This document shows positions 1 to 11,300 of a DNA stretch of 64,000 nucleotides, one piece after another. Under the pieces are notes generated by a model. It ran no database searches and was not told the DNA's origin. It saw nothing but the letters and a program-made list of their open reading frames with translations. The stretch is from Camelus dromedarius (taxonomy: Eukaryota): contig NC_087436.1 in the NCBI RefSeq assembly GCF_036321535.1, positions 1,798,001 through 1,862,000 of the forward strand, written 5' to 3'. The translations under genes were made by a program, and so were the position numbers. How positions within the stretch are numbered: position 1 is the first letter of the stretch; the number at the start of each line of letters is the position of its first letter.

Positions 1-2359
1 GAAGTTCCTGCAGTTTTCTCTGTAAAACCGTGTTGGAGCTAGTACTTCCCCATATATATGTATGGAGTGGGGATTGCAACTGAAAAGAAACTGTGTTCCC
101 AAGAAGCTAGGTGAAGGAAGGCTTTCACACACACTTATCTCTCAGAACTGAGCATGTGGAGAGACGTTCGTTCATCTAGCACAAAGGGAAAGGGTTGCAG
201 GGGAAAGTTTTACTCTGGATTCTCAGTCTGTTTCCTAGTGCCGGTTTGAAGTTCCTGCAGTTTTCACTGTAAAACCGAGTTGGAGCTAGTACCTCCCCAT
301 ATATATATATGGGGTGGAGTTTGCCACTGAAAAGAAACTTTGTGTTCCCAACAAGCTAGGTGAAGGACGGCTTTCACACACACTTATCTCTCAGAACTGA
401 GCATGTGGAGATACGTTCGTTCATCTAGCACAAAGGGAACGGGTTGCAGAATAAACTTTTTCTCTGTATTCTCAGTCTGTTTCCTAGTGCCTGTTTGAAG
501 TTCCTGCTGTTTTCACTGTAAAACCGAGTTGGGGCTAGTACCTACCCATATATATGTATGGAGTGGAGTTTGCATCTGGAAAGAAACTTTGTGTTCCCCA
601 CAAGGTAGGTGAAGGACGGCTTTCACCCACACTTATCTCTCAGATCTGAGCATGTGGAGAGACGTTCGTTCATCTAGCACAAAGGGAAAGGGTTGCAGGG
701 GAAAGTTTTCTCTGGATTCTCTGTCCGTTTCCTAGTGCCGGTTTGAAGTTCCTGCAGTTTTCACTGTAAAACCGAGTTTTAGCTAGTACCTCCCCATATA
801 TATATATGGGGTGGAGTTTGCCACTGAAAAGAACCTTTGTGTTCCCAACAAGCTAGGTGAAGGACGGCTTTCACACACATTTTTCTCTCAGAACTGAGCA
901 TGTGGAGAGACGTTCGTTCATAAAGCACAAAGGGAACGGGTGGCAGGAAAACTTTTACTCTGTATCTCAGTGTGTTTCCTAGTGCCGGTTTGATGTTCCT
1001 GCAGTTTTCATTGTAAAACCGATTTGGAACTAGTACCTCCCCATATATTTGTATGGAGTGGAGTTTGCAACTGAAAAGAAACTTTGTGTTCCCAACAAGC
1101 TATGTGAAGGACGGCTTTCACACACACTTATCTCTCAGAAATGAGCATGTGGAGAGACGTTCGTTCATCTAGCACAAAGGGAACGGGTTGCAGGCGAAAC
1201 TTTTACTCTGTTTTCTCAGCCTGTTTCCTAGTGCCGGTTTGAAGTTCCTGCAGTTTTCACTGTAAAACCGAGTTGGAGCTAGTACCTCCCCATATATATG
1301 TATGGAGTGGAGTTTGCACCTGAAAAGAAACATTGTGTTCCCAACAAGCCAGGTGAAAGGCGGCTTTCACACACAATTATCTCTCAGAACTGAGCATGTG
1401 GAGAGTCATTCGTTCATCTAGCACAATGGGAAAGGTTTGCTGGAGAAACTTTTACTCTGGGTTCTCCGTCTGTTTCCTAGTGCCGGTTTGAAGTTCCTGC
1501 AGTTTTCATTGTAAAACCGAGATGGAGCTAGTACTTATGCATATATATGTATGGAGTGGAGTTTGCAACTGAAAAGAAACTTTGTGTTCCCAAAAAGCTA
1601 GGTGAAGGACGGCTTTCACACACACTTATCTCTCAGAACTGAGCATGTGTTAGACGTTCGTTCACCTAGCAAAAATGGAACGAGTTGCAGGAGTAAGTTT
1701 TACTCTGGTTTTCAGTCTGTTTCCTACTGCCATTTTGAATTTCTTGCAATTTTCACTGTAATACCGAGTTGGAGATAGTACCTCCCCATAAATTTGTGTG
1801 GAGTGGAATTTGCAACTGAAAAGAAACTTTGTGTTCCCAACAAGCTAGTTGAAGGACGGCTTTCACACACAATTATCTCTGAGAACTGAGCATGTGGAGT
1901 GTCGTTCGTTCATCTAGCACAAAGTGAACGGGTTTCAGGAGAAACAATTACTCTGGTTTCTCAGTCTGTTTCCTAGTGCCGGTTTGAAGATCCTGAAGTT
2001 TTCACTGTAAAACCGAGTTGGAGCTAGTACATCCCCATATATATGTATGGAGTGGAGTTTGCAACTGAAAAGAAACTTTGTGTTCCCAACAAGCTAGGTG
2101 AAGGACGGCTTTCAGACACAATTATCTCTCAGAATTGAGCATGTGGAGAGACGTTCGTTCATCTAGCAAAAAGGGAACAGGTTGCAGGAGAAACTTTTAC
2201 TCTGGTTTCTCAGTCTGTTTCCTAGTGCCGGTTTGAAGTTCCTGCAGTTTTCACTGTAAAACCGAGTTGGAGATTGTACCTCCCCATATATATGTATGGA
2301 GTGGAGTTTGCAACTGAAAAGAAACTTTGTGTTCCCAACAAGCTAGGTGAAGGACGGCA

Positions 2360-5300
2360 TTCACACACAATTATCTCTCAGAACTGAGCATGTGGAGAGA
2401 CGTTCGTTCATCTATCACAAACGGAACGGTTTGCAGGAGAAAGTTTTTCTCTGTTTCTCAATCTGTTTCCTAGTGCCGGTTTGAAATTCCTGCAGTGTTC
2501 ACTGTAAAACCGAGTTGGAGCTAGTACTTCCCCATATATATGTATGGGGTGGAGTTTGCAACTGAAAAGAAACTTTGTGTTCCCAACAAGCTAGGTGAAG
2601 GACGGCTTTCACACACACTTATCTCTCAGAACTGAGAATGTGGAGAGACCTTCGTTCATCAAGCACAATGTGAAAGGGTTGCAGGAGAAACTTTTACTCT
2701 GTTTCTCAGTCTGTTTCCTAGTGCCGGTTTGAAGTTCCTGCAGTTTTCACTGTAAAACCGAGTTGGAGCTTGTACCTCCATATATATATGTATGGAGTGG
2801 AGTTTGCAACTGAAAAGAAACTTTGTGTTCCCAACAAGCTATGTGAAGGACCGCATTCACACACAATTATCTCTCAGAACTGAGCATGTGGAGAGTCATT
2901 CGTTCATCTATCACAAAACGGAACGGTTTACAGGGGAAACTTTTACTCTGTTTCTCAGTCTGTTTCCTAGTGACGGTTTGAAGTTCCTGCAGTTTTCATT
3001 GTAAAACCGAGTTGGAGCTAGTACCTCCCCATATATATGTATGGAGTGGAGTTTGCATCTGAAAAGGAAATTTGTGTTCCCAAAAAGCTAGGTGAAGGAC
3101 GGCTTTCACCCACACTTATCTCTCAGAATTGAGCATGTGGAGAGACGTTCGTTCACCGAGCAAAAATGGAAAGAGTTGCAGGAGAAACTTTTACTCTGGT
3201 TTCTCAGTCTGTTTCCTAGTGCCATTTTGAAGTTCCTGCAGTTTTCACTGTAATACCGAGTTGGAGCTAGTATATCCCCATAAATATGGTTGGAGTGGAA
3301 TTTGCAACTGAAAAGAAACTTTGTGTTCCCTAAAAGCTCGGTGAAGGACGGCTTTCACACACACTTATCTCTTAGAACTGAGCATGCGGAGAGACGTTCG
3401 TTCATCTAGCACAAAGGGAACGGGTTGCAGGAGAAACTTTTACTCTGGTTTCTCAGTCTGTTTCCTAGTGCCGGTTTGAAGTTCCTGCAGTTTTCACTGT
3501 AAAACCAATTTTCAGCTTGTACCTCCCCATATATATGTATGGAGTGGGGTTTGCAACTGAAAAGAAACTTTGTGTTCCCAACAAGCTAGTTGAAGGACGG
3601 CTTTCACACACACTAATCTCTCAGAACTGAGCATGTGAAGAGTGTTCGTTCATCTAGAACACAGGGAACGGGTTTCAGGAGAAACTTTTACTCTGGTTTC
3701 TCAGTCTGCTTCCTAGTGCCGGTTTAAAGCTCCTGCAGTTTTCTCTGTAAAACCGAGTTGGAGCTAGTACCTCCCCAAATATATGTATGGAGTGGTGTTT
3801 GCAACAGAAAAGAAACTGTGTTCCCAAGAAGGTAGGTGAAGGATGGCTTTCACACACAATTATCTCTCAGAACTGAGCATGTGAAGAGTGTTCGTTCATC
3901 TAGCACAAAGGGAACGGGTTCCAGGAGAAACTTTTACTCTGGATTCTCAGTCTGTTTCCTAGTGCCGGTTTGAAGTTCCTGCAGTTTTCACTGTAAAACC
4001 GAGTTGGAGCTTGTACCTCCCCATATATATGTATGGAGTGGAGTTTGCAAGTGAAAAGAAACTTTGTGTTTCCAACAAGCTAGATGAAGGACGGGTTTCA
4101 CACACAATTATCTCTCAGAACTGAGCATGTGGAGAGACTTTCGTTCATCTAGCACAAAGGGAACAGGTTGCAGGAGAAACTTTTACTGTGGATTCACAGT
4201 TTGTTACCTAGTGCCGGTTTGAAGTACCTGCAGTTTTCAGTGTAAAACCGAGTTGGAGCTCGTACCACCCCATATATATGTATGGATTGGAGTTTGCAAG
4301 TGAAAAGAAAGTTTGTGTTCCCAACAAGCTATGAGAAGTACGGCTTTCACACACACTTATCTCTCAGAACTGAGTATGTGGAGAGACTTTCGTTCATCTA
4401 GCACAAAGGGAATGGGTTGCAGGGAAAATTTTACTCTGGTTTCTCAGTCTGTTTCCTAGTGCCGGTTTGAAGTTCCAGCAGTTTTCACTGTAAAAAAGAG
4501 TTGGAGCTCGTACTTCCCCATATATATGTATGGAGTGGAGTTTGCAAATGAAAGAAGCTTTGTGTTCCCAACAAGCTATGTGAACGCCGGCTTTCACACA
4601 CACTTATCCCTCAGAACTGAGCATGTGGAGAGACGTTCGTTCATCTAGCACAAAGGGGACGGGTTGTAGGAGAAACTTTTACTCTGGTTTCTCAGTCTGT
4701 TTCCTAGTGCCGGTTTAAAGTTCCTGCAGTTTTCTCTGTAAAACCGAGTTGGAGCTAGTACCTCCCCATATATATGTATGGAGTGGAGTTTGCAACAGAA
4801 AAGAAACTGTGTTCCCAAGAAGCTATGTGAAAGACGGCTTTCACACCCAATTATCTCTTGGAACTGAGCATGTGAAGTGTGTTCGTTCATCTAGCACAAA
4901 GGGAACGGGTTTCAGGAGAAACTTTTACTCTGGTTTCTCAGTCTTTTTCCTAGTGCCGGTTTGAAGTTCCTGCAGTTTTCACTGTAAAACCGAGTTGGAG
5001 CTTGTACCTCCCCATATATATTTATGGAGTGGAGTTTGCAACTGAAAAGAATCTTTGTGTTCCCAACAAGCTAGGTGAAGGACGGCTTTCACACACACTT
5101 ATTTCTCAGAACTGAGCATGTGGAGAGACGTTCGTTCATCAAGCACAAAGGGAACGGGTTGCAGGAGAAACTTTTACTCTGGTTTCTCAGTCTGTTTCCT
5201 AGTGCCGGTTTGAAGTTCCTGCAGTTTTCACTGTAAAACCAATTTTCAGCTTGTACCTCCCCATATATATGTATGGAGTGGGGTTTGCAACTGAAAAGAA

Positions 5301-8300
5301 ACTTTGTGTTCCCAACAAGCTAGTTGAAGGACGGCTTTCACACACACTAATCTCTCAGAACTGAGCATGTGAAGAGTGTTCGTTCATCTAGAACACAGGG
5401 AACGGGTTTCAGGAGAAACTTTTACTCTGGTTTCTCAGTCTGCTTCCTAGTGCCGGTTTAAAGCTCCTGCAGTTTTCTCTGTAAAACCGAGTTGGAGCTA
5501 GTACCTCCCCAAATATATGTATGGAGTGGTGTTTGCAACAGAAAAGAAACTGTGTTCCCAAGAAGGTAGGTGAAGGATGGCTTTCACACACAATTATCTC
5601 TCAGAACTGAGCATGTGAAGAGTGTTCGTTCATCTAGCACAAAGGGAACGGGTTCCAGGAGAAACTTTTACTCTGGATTCTCAGTCTGTTTCCTAGTGCC
5701 GGTTTGAAGTTCCTGCAGTTTTCACTGTAAAACCGAGTTGGAGCTTGTACCTCCCCATATATATGTATGGAGTGGAGTTTGCAAGTGAAAAGAAACTTTG
5801 TGTTTCCAACAAGCTAGATGAAGGACGGGTTTCACACACAATTATCTCTCAGAACTGAGCATGTGGAGAGACTTTCGTTCATCTAGCACAAAGGGAACAG
5901 GTTGCAGGAGAAACTTTTACTGTGGATTCACAGTTTGTTACCTAGTGCCGGTTTGAAGTACCTGCAGTTTTCAGTGTAAAACCGAGTTGGAGCTCGTACC
6001 ACCCCATATATATGTATGGATTGGAGTTTGCAAGTGAAAAGAAAGTTTGTGTTCCCAACAAGCTATGAGAAGTACGGCTTTCACACACACTTATCTCTCA
6101 GAACTGAGTATGTGGAGAGACTTTCGTTCATCTAGCACAAAGGGAATGGTTTGCAGGGAAAATTTTACTCTGGTTTCTCAGTCTGTTTCCTAGTGCCGGT
6201 TTGAAGTTCCAGCAGTTTTCACTGTAAAAAAGAGTTGGAGCTCGTACATCCCCATATATATGTATGGAGTGGAGTTTGCAAATGAAAGAAGCTTTGTGTT
6301 CCCAACAAGCTATGTGAACGCCGGCTTTCACACACACTTATCCCTCAGAACTGAGCATGTGGAGAGACGTTCGTTCATCTAGCACAAAGGGGACGGGTTG
6401 TAGGAGAAACTTTTACTCTGGTTTCTCAGTCTGTTTCCTAGTGCCGGTTTAAAGTTCCTGCAGTTTTCTCTGTAAAACCGAGTTGGAGCTAGTACCTCCC
6501 CATATATATGTATGGAGTGGAGTTTGCAACAGAAAAGAAACTGTGTTCCCAAGAAGCTATGTGAAAGACGGCTTTCACACCCAATTATCTCTTGGAACTG
6601 AGCATGTGAAGTGTGTTCGTTCATCTAGCACAAAGGGAACGGGTTTCAGGAGAAACTTTTACTCTGGTTTCTCAGTCTTTTTCCTAGTGCCGGTTTGAAG
6701 TTCCTGCAGTTTTCACTGTAAAACCGAGTTGGAGCTTGTACCTCCCCATATATATTTATGGAGTGGAGTTTGCAACTGAAAAGAATCTTTGTGTTCCCAA
6801 CAAGCTAGGTGAAGGACGGCTTTCACACACACTTATTTCTCAGAACTGAGCATGTGGAGAGACGTTCGTTCATCAAGCACAAAGGGAACGGGTTGCAGAT
6901 GAAAATTTTACTCTGGATTCTCAGTCTGTTTCCTAGTGCCGGTTTGAAGTTCCTGATGTTTTCACTGTAAAACCGAGTTGGGGCTAGTACCTACCCATAT
7001 ATATGTATGGAGTGGAGTTTGCATCTGAAAAGAAACTTTGTGTTCCCCACAAGCTAGGTGAAGGACGGCTTTCACACACACTTATCTCCCAGAACTGAAC
7101 ATGTGAAGAGTGTTCGTTCATCTAGCACAAAGGGAACGGGATGCAGGAGAAAGTTTTACTCTGGTTTCTCAGTCTGTTTCCTAGTGATGGTTTGAAGTTC
7201 CTGCAGTTTTCACTGTAAAACCGTTGGAGCTAGTACCTCCCCGTATATATGTATGGCGTGGAGTTTGCAACTGAAAAGAAACTTTGTGTTCCCAAAATGC
7301 TAGGTGAATGACGGCTTTCACACACATATATCTCTCAAAATTGAGCATGTGGAGAGACGTTCGTTCACCTAGGAAAAGGGGAACGAGTTGCATGAGTAAC
7401 TTTTACTCTGGTTTCTCAGTCTGTTTCCTAGTGCCGGTTTAAAGTTCCTGCAGTTTTCTCTGTAAACCCGAGTTGGAGCTAGTACCTCCCTATATATATG
7501 TATGGAGTGGTGTTTGCAACAGAAAAGAAACTGTGTTCCCAAGAAGCTAGGTGAAGGACGGCTTTCACACCCAATTATCTCTCAGAACTGAGCATGTGGA
7601 GAGACTTTCGTTCATCTAGCACAAAGGGAACGGGATGCAGGAGAAACTTTTACTCTGGTTTCTCAGTCTGTTTCCTGTTGTCGGTTAGAAGTTCCTGCAG
7701 TTTTCACAGTAAAACCGATTTGGAGCTAGTGCTTCCCCATAAATATATATGGAGTGGAGTTTGCAACTGAAAAGAATCTTTGTGTTCCCAAAATGCTAGG
7801 TGAAGGACGGCTTTCACACACACTTATCTCTCAGATCTGAGCATGTGGAGAGACTTTCGTTCATCACGCACAAAGGGAACGGGTTGCAGGAGAAAGTTTT
7901 ACTCTGTTTCTCAGTCTGTTTCCTAGTGCCGGTTTGAAGTTCCTGCAGTTTTCTCTGTAAAACCGTGTTGGAGCTAGTACTTCCCCATATATATGTATGG
8001 AGTGGGGATTGCAACTGAAAAGAAACTGTGTTCCCAAGAAGCTAGGTGAAGGACGGCTTTCACACACAATTATCTCTCAGAACTGAGCATGTGAAGAGTG
8101 TTCGTTCATCTAGCACAAAATGAACGGGATGCAGGAGTAACTTTTACTCTGGTTTCTCAGTCTTTTTCCTAGTGCCGGTTTGAAGTTCCTGCAGTTTTCA
8201 CTGTAAAACCGAGTTGGAGCTAGTACCTCCCCATATATATGTATGGAGTGGAGTTTGCAACTGAAAAGAAACTTTGTGTTCCCAACAAGCTAGGTGAAGG

Positions 8301-11300
8301 ACGGCTTTCACACACACTTATCTCTCAGAAATGAGCATGTGGAGAGACGTTCGTTCATCTAGCACAAAGTGAACGGGTTGCAGGAGAAACTTTTACTCTG
8401 GTTTCTCAGTCTGTTTCCTAGTGCCGGTTTGAAGTTCCTGCAGTTTTCACTGTAAAACAGTTGGAGCTAGTACCTCCCCATATATATGTATGGAGTGGAG
8501 TTTGCAACTGAAAAGAATCTTTGTGTTCCCAACAAGCTAGGTGAAGGACGGCTTTCACACACAATTATTTCTCAGAACTGAGCATGTGGAGAGACGTTCG
8601 TTCATCTAGCACAAAGGGAACGGGTTGCAGAATAAACTTTTTCTCTGTATTCTCAGTCTGTTTCCTAGTGCCTGTTTGAAGTTCCTGCTGTTTTCACTGT
8701 AAAACCGAGTTGGGGCTAATACCTACCCATATATATGTATGGAGTGGTGTTGGCATCTGAAAAGAAACTTTGTGTTCCCCACAAGGTAGGTGAAGGACGG
8801 CTTTCACACACACTTATCTCTCAGAACTGAGCATGTGGAGAGACGTTCGTTCATCTAGCACAAAGGGAAAGGGTTGCAGGGGAAAGTTTTACTCTGGATT
8901 CTCAGTCTGTTTCCTAGTGCCGGTTTGAAGTTCCTGCAGTTTTCACTGTAAAACCGTGTTGGAGCTAGTACTTCCCCATATATATATATATGGGGTGGAG
9001 TTTGCCACTGAAAAGTAACTTTGTGTTCCCAACAAGCTAGGTGAAGGACGGCTTTCACACACACTTTTCTCTCAGAACTGAGCATGTGGAGAGACGTTCG
9101 TTCATAAAGCACAAAGGGAACGGGTTGCAGGAAAACTTTTACTCTGTATCTCAGTTGTTTCCTAGTGCCGGTTTGAAGTTCCTGCAGTTTTCACTGTAAA
9201 ACCGATTTGGAACTAGTACCTCCCCATATATTTGTATGGAGTGGAGTTTGCAACTGTAAAGAAACTTTGTGTTCCCAACAAGCTATGTGAAGGACGGCTT
9301 TCACACACACTTATCTCTCAGAAATGAGCATGTGGAGAGACGTTCGTTCATCTAGCACAAAGGGAACGGGTTGCAGGCGAAACTTTTACTCTGGTTTCTC
9401 AGCCTGTTTCCTAGTGCCGGTTTGAAGTTCCTGCAGTTTTCACTGTAAAACCGAGTTGGAGCTAGTACCTCCCCATATATATGTATGGAGTGGAGTTTGC
9501 ACCTGAAAAGAAACATTGTGTTCCCAACAAGCCAGGTGAAAGGCGGCTTTCACACACAATTATCTCTCAGAACTGAGCATGTGGAGAGTCATTCGTTCAT
9601 CTAGCACAATGGGAAAGGTTTGCTGGAGAAACTTTTACTCTGATTCTCCGTCTGTTTCCTAGTGCCGGTTTTAAGTTCCTGCAGTTTTCATTGTAAAACC
9701 GAGTTGGGGCTAGTACCTAACCATATATATATATGGAATGGAATTTGCATCTGAAAAGAAACTTTGTGTTCCCAACAAGCTAGGTGAAGCACGGCTTTCA
9801 CACACAATTATCTCTCAGAACTGAGCATGTGGAGAGACGTTCGTTCATCTATCACAAACGGAACGGTTTGCAGGAGAAAGTTTTTCTCTGTTTCTCAATC
9901 TGTTTCCTAGTGCCGGTTTGAAATTCCTGCAGTGTTCACTGTAAAACCGAGTTGGAGCTAGTACTTCCCCATATATATGTATGGGGTGGAGTTTGCAACT
10001 GAAAAGAAACTTTGTGTTCCCAACAAGCTAGGTGAAGGACGGCTTTCACACACACTTATCTCTCAGAACTGAGAATGTGGAGAGACCTTCGTTCATCAAG
10101 CACAATGTGAAAGGGTTGCAGGAGAAACTTTTACTCTGTTTCTCAGTCTGTTTCCTAGTGCCGGTTTGAAGTTCCTGCAGTTTTCACTGTAAAACCGAGT
10201 TGGAGCTTGTACCTCCATATATATATGTATGGAGTGGAGTTTGCAACTGAAAAGAAACTTTGTGTTCCCAACAAGCTATGTGAAGGACCGCATTCACACA
10301 CAATTATCTCTCAGAACTGAGCATGTGGAGAGTCATTCGTTCATCTATCACAAACGGAACGGTTTACAGGGGAAACTTTTACTCTGTTTCTCAGTCTGTT
10401 TCCTAGTGACGGTTTGAAGTTCCTGCAGTTTTCATTGTAAAACCGAGTTGGAGCTAGTACCTCCCCATATATATGTATGGAGTGGAGTTTGCATCTGAAA
10501 AGGAAATTTGTGTTCCCAAAAAGCTAGGTGAAGGACGGCTTTCACCCACACTTATCTCTCAGAATTGAGCATGTGGAGAGACGTTCGTTCACCGAGCAAA
10601 AATGGAAAGAGTTGCAGGAGAAACTTTTACTCTGGTTTCTCAGTCTGTTTCCTAGTGCCATTTTGAAGTTCCTGCAGTTTTCACTGTAATACCGAGTTGG
10701 AGCTAGTATATCCCCATAAATATGGTTGGAGTGGAATTTGCAACTGAAAAGAAACTTTGTGTTCCCTAAAAGCTCGGTGAAGGACGGCTTTCACACACAC
10801 TTATCTCTTAGAACTGAGCATGCGGAGAGACGTTCGTTCATCTAGCACAAAGGGAACGGGTTGCAGGAGAAACTTTTACTCTGGTTTCTCAGTCTGTTTC
10901 CTAGTGCCGGTTTGAAGTTCCTGCAGTTTTCACTGTAAAACCAATTTTCAGCTTGTACCTCCCCATATATATGTATGGAGTGGGGTTTGCAACTGAAAAG
11001 AAACTTTGTGTTCCCAACAAGCTAGTTGAAGGACGGCTTTCACACACACTAATCTCTCAGAACTGAGCATGTGAAGAGTGTTCGTTCATCTAGAACACAG
11101 GGAACGGGTTTCAGGAGAAACTTTTACTCTGGTTTCTCAGTCTGCTTCCTAGTGCCGGTTTAAATCTCCTGCAGTTTTCTCTGTAAAACCGAGTTGGAGC
11201 TAGTACCTCCCCAAATATATGTATGGAGTGGTGTTTGCAACAGAAAAGAAACTGTGTTCCCAAGAAGGTAGGTGAAGGATGGCTTTCACACACAATTATC

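Noticed and set aside
48..66. TATA box or microsatellite at catatatatg and cacacacac
   Set aside because: These are short integral parts of every monomer, with no independent evidence of promoter function.
8182..8430. Ancestral ~120-125 bp half-monomer subrepeat (ttgca...agaaacttt occurs twice)
   Set aside because: Only two short words match, at inconsistent offsets (123 and 118), and I could not extend the alignment.
8422..8442. tRNA T-arm/Pol III B-box-like gccggtttgaagttcctgc suggesting a tRNA/SINE origin
   Set aside because: It deviates from GGTTCRANNCC in sequence and spacing, and there is no convincing A-box or cloverleaf.
8560..8600. Hammerhead-ribozyme satellite (as in newt satellite 2 or schistosome Sm-alpha)
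   Set aside because: The consensus has no CUGANGA core on either strand (ctgagca and ctgaaaa on +; ctgagag and ctgagaa on -). An Rfam/Infernal scan would be the formal test.
8597..8624. CENP-B box (TTCG ... CGGG in gttcgttcatctagcacaaagggaacggg)
   Set aside because: The canonical box is NTTCGNNNNANNCGGGN with 7 nt between TTCG and CGGG. Here the spacing is 20 nt.
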